This document shows positions 47,941-60,471 of a stretch of 64,000 bases of DNA, in pieces. Source of the DNA: Aggregatilineales bacterium (GTDB lineage Bacteria; Chloroflexota; Anaerolineae; Aggregatilineales; J027); assembly GCA_965215855.1 (NCBI GenBank), contig CBDCER010000003.1, positions 2,968,880 through 3,032,879 of the forward strand, read 5' to 3'. A program made the position numbers and the translations under genes. The notes below the pieces were generated by a model, which did not search any database, was not told where the DNA came from, and was given only the letters and a program-made list of their open reading frames with translations. Every line of letters starts with the position of its first letter. The first letter of the stretch is position 1.

Positions 47941-48008
47941 GTCTCCTTTCGTCCATTGCGGGCCGACCTAAAAACAAGAGTCAATCCAGTTTGACGAGAT
48001 AAGGAGAC
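47941..48008 (-). promoter_or_regulatory. Leader hairpin able to sequester the hdrC Shine-Dalgarno sequence
   Basis: In the minus-strand RNA, GTCTCCTT(AUC)TCGTC pairs with GACGAAAGGAGAC (13 bp, 3-nt bulge, 39-nt loop). The 3' arm contains AAGGAG, 8 nt before the hdrC ATG. Confidence 0.4.
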
Positions 48009-48303
48009 GGTGTTGGGAAATATATTTTAGTGGGGTGTGTAGGCGACAATGATTTCCTTACACCATCCCATAGTGAAGCTAAAAATGAATTTTCTATCTA
48101 AGAGTCTATGAGAAAAATTTCACAAACGCAATGGATATAGCCAATATAGTGAGTAAAAGCACCCTGGAGATGTTACGGCTTAAACATTGTAGGTGATGAT
48201 TGTACATGTCGTTGGGGGAGCGTGCAGGTTATGTCCATCGCGGCGCGGCGGCCTATGGTATACTTTTGGCGGTGTACAACTTCTGGGCAAAGGACTGGAT
48301 ATT

Positions 48304-50007
48304 GTGGCGCGGCTGACTAATCGGGAAATCGCCAAGATATTTGAAAATGTGGCGGATTTACTGGAAATCAAGGGCGAGAATGTATTCCGCGTGAATTCAT
48401 ATCGTAATGCCGCACTGACGATTCGAGATCTGCCGCGTGATATTTACCTGATTTATGAGGAAGGACTGCTGACCGAGTTGCCGGATATTGGCAAGACAAT
48501 CGCTAACAAGATTGAGGAAATGCTGATGACAGGACAGTTGGCATTTTATGATCGTCTGACAGATGAGGTTCCGGCCAGTTTGGTTGATATTCTGCAAGTG
48601 AATGGTGTAGGTGCGAAGAAGGTGCGGCGCTTCTGGCAAGAATTGAATATTACTACCTTGACACAACTCGAAGCAGCAGCGCATGAAGGCAAGTTGCGTC
48701 AATTAAGTGGGATGGGAGCCAAGAGTGAGCAGAAAATCCTGGAAGGTATTGAGGCGCTTGCACGTCGCACGAATCGTGTTTCGATTGGCATAGCTTATCC
48801 ATTGGCCTGGCGGATGCTGGAAGAGTTGCAAGACCTTTCATCGATGCTGGATGGCGCGGTTGTTGGCAGCTTACGGCGCTGGGCAGCGATAGTGGGCAAT
48901 ATTGATCTGCTGGTGGCAGCAGATGATTTCCGTGGGGTATTGGATGCGTTTGTTAACCGACCCGATGTGGCACGAGTCTTGACCCATGAAACAACTACGG
49001 CTGTGATAGAGCATGTGCAGGGCATTCGCGTAGACTTGCGTGTCGTGTCACCCACACGGTATGGAACGGAGTTAGTCTATTATACGGGTTCGCAACAGCA
49101 TATTGCCCATTTGGAGGCACTGGCGGATACTCGTGGGTTGTCGTTGTTTGAGCTTGAGAGTGCGACAGAAGCGGCGCTATATGAAAAGCTGGAGTTGCCC
49201 TGGATAACGCCAGAGCTGCGCGAGGATCGTGGGGAGATAGAGGCGGCACAGCAAGGTACACTCCCGGATCTGATTTCGCAGGATGACATGCGTGGGGATT
49301 TACATATGCATACAACCTGGAGCGATGGTAAGCTTTCGATACGCGAGATGGCACTTCAGGTTCGACAGCGAGGATTTTCGCACATGGTCATTAGCGATCA
49401 TTCGCGCAGTTTGGGAATTGCTAACGGTCTGAGCCTTGAACGCTTGATGGAGCAACAGGCCGAGGTACGGGCGGTTGATGACGAGATGGGGCCAGGATTC
49501 CGCGTGTTGCATGGCACTGAAATGGAAATCAAAGCTGATGGAACCTTGGACTTTCCCGATGAGGTATTGGCGAAATTGGATATAGTCATCGCCTCGGTGC
49601 ATGTGGGGCTGCGACAGCCGCGTGAACAAGTGACGGAACGAGTATTGACTGCCATCCGGAATCCGCATGTGGACATCATCGGCCATCCAAGTGGTCGGTT
49701 GATTCCGGATCGCGAAGGGGCCGACTTGGATATGGAGGCAGTGTTGGCAGCGGCGAAAACCCATGATACTGCACTGGAGATCAATGCCAATCCGCGTCGC
49801 CTTGATCTGGATGATGAATTGGCCCGTCAGGCACAGACGATGGGGGTGAAGTTGGCAATCAATACCGATGCTCATCGTGCAGACCAGCTCGATTTGTTGC
49901 ACTATGGGGTTAACACCGCGCGGCGAGGTTGGATTGAAGCTGATACTGTCATCAATACCTGGACAAGTGAGCGTTTACTAGCTTGGTTGGAAAGCCGTAG
50001 ACAATAG
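48304..50007 (+). CDS. polX: Family X DNA polymerase with C-terminal PHP domain
   Basis: SD AGGA lies 9 nt before the in-frame GTG at 48304. HhH/PolX core (IAKIFENVADLLEIKGEN, GVGAKK), then PHP motifs (DLHMHTTWSDG, ISDHS, SVH, NTDAH). Confidence 0.85.
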   Translation: MARLTNREIAKIFENVADLLEIKGENVFRVNSYRNAALTIRDLPRDIYLIYEEGLLTELPDIGKTIANKIEEMLMTGQLAFYDRLTDEVPASLVDILQVNGVGAKKVRRFWQELNITTLTQLEAAAHEGKLRQLSGMGAKSEQKILEGIEALARRTNRVSIGIAYPLAWRMLEELQDLSSMLDGAVVGSLRRWAAIVGNIDLLVAADDFRGVLDAFVNRPDVARVLTHETTTAVIEHVQGIRVDLRVVSPTRYGTELVYYTGSQQHIAHLEALADTRGLSLFELESATEAALYEKLELPWITPELREDRGEIEAAQQGTLPDLISQDDMRGDLHMHTTWSDGKLSIREMALQVRQRGFSHMVISDHSRSLGIANGLSLERLMEQQAEVRAVDDEMGPGFRVLHGTEMEIKADGTLDFPDEVLAKLDIVIASVHVGLRQPREQVTERVLTAIRNPHVDIIGHPSGRLIPDREGADLDMEAVLAAAKTHDTALEINANPRRLDLDDELARQAQTMGVKLAINTDAHRADQLDLLHYGVNTARRGWIEADTVINTWTSERLLAWLESRRQ

Positions 50008-50018
50008 CAACAGGATAG

Positions 50019-50891
50019 TTGGATATGGATGATAACGAACAGACCTCAATGAGCGAGTCGACAACACCACAGCCGGGTTCAGAACCGACTCGTGCTGGGG
50101 AACCAGCCCCGATACAGCGACGCCCGCGTCAGTTGCCGCGCCGGGGTTATGAGGAGCAACGCCGGACGATGAGTCCACCGCCTCCCCCCTTAGAATCACA
50201 GCGGATGCGGGGCATCCCGACGGAACCGCCACCGCCTTTGCCGCCGCAACAGCCGCCGCCGCGTCCTGTCGTGCGGGGCAACGTGCCACCAGTGATGATG
50301 GATCCACGTCCAGGCCCGCGCCGGCGGAGTAATCGAGATAGTGGGCTATATTTGCCCTGGTGGTCACTGGTGATTCTGGTGGTTGTGGCGGGAGTCAGTG
50401 CCTTTGGGTTGTTGTGGCTGGTAATGAATCTGGGCAGTGGGTTGATTCCTGGTGACCAGACGCCACAGGTCATCGTAGTGACGAATGCGTTGCCAGGGAA
50501 TAACCCTGGTGTGGTAGGACCGGCTGGCGTACAGCCAACAGCGGTTCCGGGGTCAATACCGGCGACTTCAATCACTGTTCCGTCGGCCGTACCGGCTGCT
50601 CAACCCACCGAAACATCCTTGCCAGGCGTCACACAAGGCTGCCCGCTGAATGCAACAGTGGAGGTGGTGGGTACGGAGGGATTGCCACTGTTGATTCGCG
50701 TGGGGCCAAGCCAGGTCGAACTTGTTCAAGCTCACGCCGAGGAAGGCGAGTGGCTGCGGATTGTAGGGGGGCCGCAGACCAGCACCAGCGTCGGCGGGGA
50801 TGAGCTGGAGTGGTGTCAGGTCGAGGGTGTGACTGTGCCTAGTCGAGATGGATGGGCAGCCCGGCAGTTCCTCTCGATAATCGAAGAATAG
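50019..50891 (+). CDS. Proline-rich single-pass membrane protein with C-terminal SH3b-like domain
   Basis: The N-terminal ~110 aa are Pro/Arg-rich (PPPPPLES, PPPPLPPQQPPPRP). One TM helix (WWSLVILVVVAGVSAFGLLWLV). C-terminal SH3_3-like segment (GEWLRIVGG..WCQVEG..GWAARQFL). Confidence 0.6.
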   Translation: MDMDDNEQTSMSESTTPQPGSEPTRAGEPAPIQRRPRQLPRRGYEEQRRTMSPPPPPLESQRMRGIPTEPPPPLPPQQPPPRPVVRGNVPPVMMDPRPGPRRRSNRDSGLYLPWWSLVILVVVAGVSAFGLLWLVMNLGSGLIPGDQTPQVIVVTNALPGNNPGVVGPAGVQPTAVPGSIPATSITVPSAVPAAQPTETSLPGVTQGCPLNATVEVVGTEGLPLLIRVGPSQVELVQAHAEEGEWLRIVGGPQTSTSVGGDELEWCQVEGVTVPSRDGWAARQFLSIIEE

Positions 50892-54097
<3,206 letters not shown>

Positions 54098-54108
54098 GGA
54101 GATTAATT

Positions 54109-55308
54109 GTGCGAAAATATCAGCTTTCACTGATTGTTATTTTACTGATGGGTGTTGTATTGATTCTGGGGAGCGGTATTTCGAGTGCCCAGGATCCGAC
54201 GGCTACAATGCAGTCGGGGATTGGCCCGTATGAATATCCTGAGAATGTCAATCCACTGACGGGATTGCCCTATCCAGACGAGGAGGCCCGCAACCGACGC
54301 AATCTTATTGTGAAGATCAGCAACTATCCACCTGTGGTGCGCCCGCAAAATGGGGTGAGTTCGGCGGATATTGTCTATGAATATGAGGTGGAAGGCGGCG
54401 TGACTCGGTTTGCGGCCATCTATCGCAGCCAGAGTCCGGGGGTGGTGGGCAGCATTCGTTCTGGGCGTTTGCTGGATCTGGAACTGGTCCATATGTATCA
54501 GGCGTTGTTTGCCTATAGCGGTTCAAACGAGTGGATACGGCTGTACATTCTGGATGCTGATTGGCGCTGGCGGGCGCTCAGTCCACAGTTGCAGGACTAC
54601 GGATGTCCGACATTTTGCCGTATCCCGCGCGAGGGCGTGCCCTATGAACATACATTGTTCGCGGATACCGATGGCTTATGGACAGAAGCAGAGCGCCTGA
54701 ACGTGAATCAGGGTGTTCAATCGGTGGGGCTGGCTTTTGATGAAACACCCGACCCGGACAGTGCGACGGCGAATGACATTCATATCGACTGGTATCATCC
54801 CGAAACCGAGACCCGTTGGCAGTACAATGTCGATGACAATCGTTACTATCGCTGGGAAAGTGGTTTGCCGCATATTGACGCCAGCACGGGCGAGCAAATC
54901 AGCGTGGATAACCTGGTGATTCTGGAAGCCTGGCATATTGACCGTCCAGATGTGTATAGCGGCTATGCGGGTATTGCACTGGAGCAGCAGTTGTGGGGCT
55001 ATGCACGGGCATTTGTATTCAGGGATGGTCAATGGTATGAGGGTTGGTGGTATCGTAATCGGGAGTATGGCTCGTTGCAGTTGCGTTATGATTATCGTGA
55101 TCGTGAAACCCCTATTCATTTACGGCCCGGCCAGACATGGTTTGTGGTGGTTCGCAAGACCAGCCGCTATGCGACCAGTGGGCCGCTTTTCAATGTGACA
55201 GTCAGCGATGAACAGGTGGATGCGGTGGCGACTGCCGAAATCGTATCGGCCATGCAGACGGCGGTTTGGGAGGCTGACGTAGAAAGCACACCCGTTCCGT
55301 CCGAATAA
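54109..55308 (+). CDS. DUF3048 (YerB-like) exported protein
   Basis: Strong SD AAGGAG 7 nt before the GTG at 54109. Signal/anchor, then the characteristic VKISNYPPVVRPQNGVSSADIVYEYEVEGGVTRFAAIY block. Confidence 0.75.
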   Translation: MRKYQLSLIVILLMGVVLILGSGISSAQDPTATMQSGIGPYEYPENVNPLTGLPYPDEEARNRRNLIVKISNYPPVVRPQNGVSSADIVYEYEVEGGVTRFAAIYRSQSPGVVGSIRSGRLLDLELVHMYQALFAYSGSNEWIRLYILDADWRWRALSPQLQDYGCPTFCRIPREGVPYEHTLFADTDGLWTEAERLNVNQGVQSVGLAFDETPDPDSATANDIHIDWYHPETETRWQYNVDDNRYYRWESGLPHIDASTGEQISVDNLVILEAWHIDRPDVYSGYAGIALEQQLWGYARAFVFRDGQWYEGWWYRNREYGSLQLRYDYRDRETPIHLRPGQTWFVVVRKTSRYATSGPLFNVTVSDEQVDAVATAEIVSAMQTAVWEADVESTPVPSE

Positions 55309-55379
55309 CCCACTTTGAACCCCATCTGACACCTGCCAGTAGATTTTTCAGTAATCAGAATTGAGGGGTAGGTGTTTTT

Positions 55380-57119
55380 ATGTTGCGACGGATCATCATT
55401 TTGGTGGTGTTGTGTTTGAGTATGGTGCCTGTCGTCAGGGCACAGGAGGGCGACGGCGATGGTATTCTGACTCATGATGGTTTGGAGCGGACTTATCATG
55501 TGGCTGTACCATCGGACTATGATGGGTCGGAGGCGGTTCCGTTGGTGGTGGCATTACATCCATATGCCTCCTCAGGCAAGGGGATGGCAGCTATCACAGG
55601 CTTTGATATGGTGGCAGAAGATCAGGGATTTATCGTAGTCTATCCCGATAGCGTCGGATTGGGATGGGATGATGGGCGGTCGGCTTATCAAACGACGATA
55701 GAGCCGGCTGACGATGTGGGGTTCATCATGGCGCTGGTGGATGAATTGACCGCGACTTACAACGTGATTCCCAATCAGGTCTATATGACCGGATTCGCCA
55801 ATGGGGGGAGTATGGCCTATCGGCTAGCTTGTCAGTACCCAGAGCAATTTGGGCGGGTGGTCGTCGTTGGCGCGACAGTGTGGGAATACCACCAGGATGT
55901 ATGTCCACAGACCAGCGCACCGGTATCAATCTTGATGATGGTTGGCGAGGAAGATGTTTATTATCCACCTATAGGCCGCAATTTGGAAACATCGGATCTG
56001 CGAATATTGTCGGTTAGTGAGTCGTTGGCATTTTGGCTGGATCGCAATGGGTGTGAATATGATGCAGAGGTATTGGTGGATGAGGCTGGGTTACAGGCAT
56101 TTGATGCATGCCAGGGTGATAGCAGCGTTGCGTTTCACTCACTGCGAATTGTTGGGCATAACTGGCCGCGAGTAGGGGATTATGCGCTGAATCAGTTTGA
56201 ATTTGACGCTTCACAGGTTGCCGCGCAGTTTTTCTTGGAGGGAGCAGAAAGCTTGGAAGATGTGACTGCGCCGAGTGGATTTGACCTGTGGAGCGGGATG
56301 GCACGTAGTTATAGTGTATATGTGCCGCCTAGTTATGATGCCAGTCAGCCAATGCCATTGGTGATGGCGTTACATGGCAGGCCGCATAATGGTTATGGGG
56401 TTGCTTATCTGCTAGATATGAACCGTGTGGCCCGCGATGAGGGGTTCATTGTTGTCTATCCTGATGGCATTGAACAGGGGTGGAACTATGTCAGCGGGTT
56501 TGAAGGATATGCACCAAATGATGTGGATGACGTGGCGTTCCTATCCAGGTTAGCAGATGACCTGGCTCTTGATCTCAATATTGACCCAGAACGCCTGTAT
56601 GTAATCGGGTTCTCGAATGGTGGCTTCATGACACAACGCATGGCGTGTGATGCCGCCGATCAGTTTGCAGCATTTGGTGTTGTCGGTGCGACGATTTTTC
56701 CAGGGTTTGCAGAGTTGTGTGCAGATACCCGGCCTGTGCCTATTATGTTTATTCACGGCACACGCGATCCAAGCGTTCCCTGGGCTGGCATTGCTTCCGG
56801 TGAGACACTGATTACTACCTCGGTACCTGACACATTGACGTTTTGGGTGGTGCATGATGATTGTCAGCAAGAAGACACTGTGACTGAGTCGATTGAACCG
56901 AGTGGCGAGTCAGCGGAGACGAGTGTGACCTTATTCCGGTTTAGGGGATGCACGGATGATCTTGAGGTGTTGTTGTACGCTGTAGAAGGAGGCGGACATA
57001 CTATTCCCGGTGTACCGCGTATGGACTCTGAACGCTTTGGTGCAACAAATCTGGATATTGATGGGCCAGCCGTCATCTGGGACTATCTGTCGCAATACAC
57101 CTTGAATGGTAATGATTAG
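55380..57119 (+). CDS. Exported protein with two tandem PHB-depolymerase/LpqC-type esterase domains
   Basis: Two homologous halves, each with an oxyanion region (PLVVALHP / PLVMALHG), FIVVYPD, and a nucleophile elbow GFANGGSM / GFSNGGFM. Confidence 0.75.
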   Translation: MLRRIIILVVLCLSMVPVVRAQEGDGDGILTHDGLERTYHVAVPSDYDGSEAVPLVVALHPYASSGKGMAAITGFDMVAEDQGFIVVYPDSVGLGWDDGRSAYQTTIEPADDVGFIMALVDELTATYNVIPNQVYMTGFANGGSMAYRLACQYPEQFGRVVVVGATVWEYHQDVCPQTSAPVSILMMVGEEDVYYPPIGRNLETSDLRILSVSESLAFWLDRNGCEYDAEVLVDEAGLQAFDACQGDSSVAFHSLRIVGHNWPRVGDYALNQFEFDASQVAAQFFLEGAESLEDVTAPSGFDLWSGMARSYSVYVPPSYDASQPMPLVMALHGRPHNGYGVAYLLDMNRVARDEGFIVVYPDGIEQGWNYVSGFEGYAPNDVDDVAFLSRLADDLALDLNIDPERLYVIGFSNGGFMTQRMACDAADQFAAFGVVGATIFPGFAELCADTRPVPIMFIHGTRDPSVPWAGIASGETLITTSVPDTLTFWVVHDDCQQEDTVTESIEPSGESAETSVTLFRFRGCTDDLEVLLYAVEGGGHTIPGVPRMDSERFGATNLDIDGPAVIWDYLSQYTLNGND

Positions 57120-57130
57120 GCGTGCTGGAT

Positions 57131-58054
57131 TTAGTCGGTGGTTTGTATACTTGCTAATTTCATGATCTTCTGGCTAGTTTCGCGCCAACTGATCTCACTG
57201 AGTCCCATCTTTTCACGTAGATTATCCATGTCCATCCTGGCACGGTAATCTCGGACAGCGCATGTCCAGCGCAGAGTCTCAAATGAGGTCTTGGTCTCAA
57301 TGCCTGCCGCTTTTGCCAGATCGGTCAGCACATATTCCAGGTTGCGTGGTGTGCAGTCGAAGATCAGGTTATCGTCAGGCTCGTATTGCTCCAGATATTC
57401 ATCCAATGCCTCTAGCCAATCATGAGAGATGGGTAGGCGGCGCTCTTTGAAAACATTCTGGCGTTTATAACGCACCATGATTTGAGGAGTATCGGTCTCG
57501 CGATCTTCGATACTACCCCGGGTGAGGCTGACCGTTTCGCTTTTCTTGATGCCAGTCTCAATCAACAATCGAAACAGCAAATAGGGACGAGTATCTGGTT
57601 TGTTGGCGACGCGCATACCATCTGAAAAGCGCAAGAGGTGATCGACTTCTTCATCCGCAAGGACAGGTTGTAGTGGCGCGGGACCAGACCGTTGCACAAG
57701 GGCGGCGGCGGGGTCGTCTTTTCGAATCTTGGTGTCATGCAGCCATTTGAAGAAGACCTTTAGTGTTGTGACCCGCCGAGCATAGGATTTACGGCTGCAC
57801 GGAATACCGCGTCCGAATTCGAGCCAGTGCAAAAACTCCTCGAGGCGTTTACGGTTGATGCGATCCAGTGGTGTGTCGTTGCCAAGAAATTCGCTCACCA
57901 GATTCAAATCAGACCGAAAACTCCGCCGCGTATTCTCGGATTTCCCTTCTGATGTAAGGTGAATTAGGAACGGCGCAACCGCTTGAGATAAGGGGCTACG
58001 GTGGGTCAATTGCTGGTTATCTGCAAAGAGTGGAAGTTGTCTGTCGTCTGCCAT
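57131..58054 (-). CDS. Tyrosine-recombinase-like protein lacking key catalytic residues
   Basis: XerC/D-like fold (SAM-like N-domain, ..LLIETGIKKSE.., ..FKERRLPI.., ..ETLRWTCA..), but Arg-I is Lys, the HxxR His is Glu, and no Tyr sits at the nucleophile position. The ATG at 58054 was chosen because the longer ORF runs into tRNA-Arg. Confidence 0.7.
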   Translation of the reverse strand: MADDRQLPLFADNQQLTHRSPLSQAVAPFLIHLTSEGKSENTRRSFRSDLNLVSEFLGNDTPLDRINRKRLEEFLHWLEFGRGIPCSRKSYARRVTTLKVFFKWLHDTKIRKDDPAAALVQRSGPAPLQPVLADEEVDHLLRFSDGMRVANKPDTRPYLLFRLLIETGIKKSETVSLTRGSIEDRETDTPQIMVRYKRQNVFKERRLPISHDWLEALDEYLEQYEPDDNLIFDCTPRNLEYVLTDLAKAAGIETKTSFETLRWTCAVRDYRARMDMDNLREKMGLSEISWRETSQKIMKLASIQTTD

Positions 58055-58217
58055 ATTTAATACTTTCGAGCTTTTTATCGACAGCCTAACAGAACGGATG
58101 TTTTGAGTCAAGCGGGTGAGAAACGTGGGGCTTGCCTGGGCTTTTGGCTTGCTCTCATTAAACATTATGGTGAAGACATGAAAACAAAAACGGAACACCA
58201 TGGCTCCGTTAGATGTG

Positions 58218-58291
58218 CGTGCCTGGAGAGATTCGAACTCCCGACCTATTGTTCCGTAGACAATCGCTCTAATCCACTGAGCTACAGGCAC
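58218..58291 (-). tRNA. tRNA-Arg (ACG)
   Basis: The reverse complement folds as a cloverleaf: acceptor GTGCCTG/CAGGCAC, D-arm GCTCAGTGGATTAGAGC, anticodon stem ATTGT/ACAAT with loop CTACGGA, T-loop TTCGAAT. Confidence 0.9.
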
Positions 58292-58533
58292 AATCTAATT
58301 ATTATAATGAAGGTTTTTGAAGCTGCTGTCAAGGATGGATTTGTCAAAATTGTACTCTGATGCTAGAGCCGCTATAGTAGACAGATAATATTGTAGTATA
58401 GATCAATGTGTGCCTAAAAACACTGCGAAGCAAAAAATTGAGGATAAATCAACTGAAAAATGTGCTAGACTTTAAATGTAAATCATGAATCTATTGTAGC
58501 AAAACTGTCAGTGTACATGGAGATAAGGCACGA

Positions 58534-58908
58534 ATGCAGCCGCGGGTCCTGTATATCGAAGATAATTTTGAGAATCGGATGCTCGTCAGGCGTGTGCTGA
58601 TGGCCGAGGGCTTCATTGTGGACGAAGCTGATAATGCACGGGACGGGATCGATCATGCCAAATATGATCCTCCGGACCTGATTCTGATGGACATCAGTAT
58701 GCCAACGATGGATGGGTTAGTGGCTACTCAGGAAATTCGCTCAATACCTACCCTGAATCATGTGCCGGTTATCGCTGTGACAGCAAATGTTATGAAAGGG
58801 GACCGGGAAGAAGCATTGGCGGCGGGTTGCGACGGCTACATTCCGAAACCCATTGATGTTGACCGTTTTCCACAGCAAGTGATGGCATACTTGGAAAACG
58901 GGCGTTAA
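58534..58908 (+). CDS. Single-domain (CheY-like) response regulator
   Basis: VLYIEDN, ILMDISMPTMDG, AVTANVM, YIPKP receiver motifs. No output domain. Confidence 0.85.
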   Translation: MQPRVLYIEDNFENRMLVRRVLMAEGFIVDEADNARDGIDHAKYDPPDLILMDISMPTMDGLVATQEIRSIPTLNHVPVIAVTANVMKGDREEALAAGCDGYIPKPIDVDRFPQQVMAYLENGR

Positions 58909-58979
58909 TCTTTATTGTACGATTGTCTACATTCTTGTTTGCTTAATCTGATTTGGGTTATGAATTTGGTGAAGAACAC

Positions 58980-59411
58980 ATGAGTGAGATAAGACCATAT
59001 ACACCGGTTGAACCAAGCGAGGCACACGTATTGGTTGTCGAAGATAATGTGCCCAATTTTGTGTTGATTGCACGCATGTTGGCTTTTATGGGCGTGCAGC
59101 GCTGTGAGTGGAAAACATCGGGGTGGCAGGTTGTACAGTTTGCAGATACATTGCCACGTATTGACCTGATCTTGATGGATATTCGCCTGCCTTATGAAGA
59201 TGGCTATCAAGCTTTGCAGAAAATTCGGGCGCATGACCGCCTAAAGGATACCTTGGTTGTGGCGGTAACTGCCGAAGCGAGTGATGAACAGCTTCGCAAG
59301 GCCAAAGATGCGGGTTTTGATGGCTTTCTGGGTAAACCACTAGACCCTGATCGGTTTCCTGAACAAGTGCAACGGATTCTTTCCGGCGAGCCAGTTTGGG
59401 AGTGGAAGTAG
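58980..59411 (+). CDS. Single-domain response regulator (second copy)
   Basis: VLVVEDN, ILMDIRLPYEDG, AVTAEAS, FLGKP. The ATG at 58980 is preferred over the TTG at 58953. Confidence 0.8.
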   Translation: MSEIRPYTPVEPSEAHVLVVEDNVPNFVLIARMLAFMGVQRCEWKTSGWQVVQFADTLPRIDLILMDIRLPYEDGYQALQKIRAHDRLKDTLVVAVTAEASDEQLRKAKDAGFDGFLGKPLDPDRFPEQVQRILSGEPVWEWK

Positions 59412-60469
59412 CGATTCTGATGCTGGCAACTTTGCGTGCCCTGATAATCGATTTGGAGACGCTGACTCGTCAGGCAGATACCTATGAACAGTATTTGGTG
59501 ACGGCGTTGCAATCGTTGGTTAAGACCTGGCCCGATTTGCAGCATTATGACATCGCTACTCTGAAAGACATTGACTTTGTGGAGCCACGACGGCAGCCTG
59601 ACGCCAGCCAGGATGGACAATACCAATGGTTGGTGCCTGTTGTGGCTGGTCCTGCAAACAAACGCATCATCACTTTTAATTGGTCAGGAACTCCGGATGC
59701 GGCTGAAGCAACATGGGAAGCTGTGCAAATTTGGGCGAATTCTGTTGGGCACGTGTGGCAAAATGTACGGTGGTCAACTGCTCTTGATACTTCTATTTTC
59801 CGGCGATTGGAGTTGTTCGAGCAACTGTCGGTTGTTGTGCAGCGTGTTTGGGCCGAATTAGCAGAGGAAGAGGTCCTTAATGCAGCTTGTCAGAGCATCG
59901 TGGAAGCGGTAGAAGATGTAGATCGCGTCGGGATTGTTCTGAATGACAATGCACCCATCAGTGGTACAGTGGTCGCTGGCTATCCATCTGATGTCGTGGG
60001 ACAGCAATTGGAGTTGGAAGATTATTGGGTGTATGAGCAGATGCAGAAGAATCAGTCACCCATTGTGGTAAATAATGTCGCCGAAGCAGAAGCCGAATTG
60101 GGTGCAAATCGTGAATTACTTATGCAATTTGGCGTCCGCTCAATATTGATTTTGCCTCTGGTTGTGCAGAACAAGTTGATTGGTAGCCTGGGACTGGATG
60201 CTATACAGAATACGCATGAATTTACGGATATTGAAGTTGATGTATTGAGCGCCATTGCCTCACAAATTGCCATAAGTTTGCAAAACGCACGATTGTTTGA
60301 GTCATTACAGGATCGCGCTCGTAGCCAGGAGATTGTCAATCGTGTCTTGGAGAATTTACCGCTACGGAGCGATGTCAGTACATTGTTAAATACTACCGGC
60401 CAGCAAGTGGGAAATATGCTGGGAGCGACTCACTTCAGGATTCATTTAGGAGCATCAGAAATCGAATAG
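59396..60469 (+). CDS. Soluble GAF-domain protein without output domain
   Basis: The C-terminal half is a GAF domain (..RVGIVLND..SILILPLVVQNKLIGSLGLD..SAIASQIAISLQNARLFE). Start ambiguous (TTG 59396, GTG 59402, ATG 59420). Overlaps the RR stop. Confidence 0.7.
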   Translation: MGVEVAILMLATLRALIIDLETLTRQADTYEQYLVTALQSLVKTWPDLQHYDIATLKDIDFVEPRRQPDASQDGQYQWLVPVVAGPANKRIITFNWSGTPDAAEATWEAVQIWANSVGHVWQNVRWSTALDTSIFRRLELFEQLSVVVQRVWAELAEEEVLNAACQSIVEAVEDVDRVGIVLNDNAPISGTVVAGYPSDVVGQQLELEDYWVYEQMQKNQSPIVVNNVAEAEAELGANRELLMQFGVRSILILPLVVQNKLIGSLGLDAIQNTHEFTDIEVDVLSAIASQIAISLQNARLFESLQDRARSQEIVNRVLENLPLRSDVSTLLNTTGQQVGNMLGATHFRIHLGASEIE

Positions 60470-60471
60470 CA

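Noticed and set aside
58055-58291. The N-terminal 79 codons of the 57131-58291 ORF.
   Set aside because: This part is simply the reverse strand of tRNA-Arg(ACG) and its spacer, with a GTG 'start' inside the tRNA. The CDS was trimmed to the ATG at 58054, where the recombinase-like homology begins.
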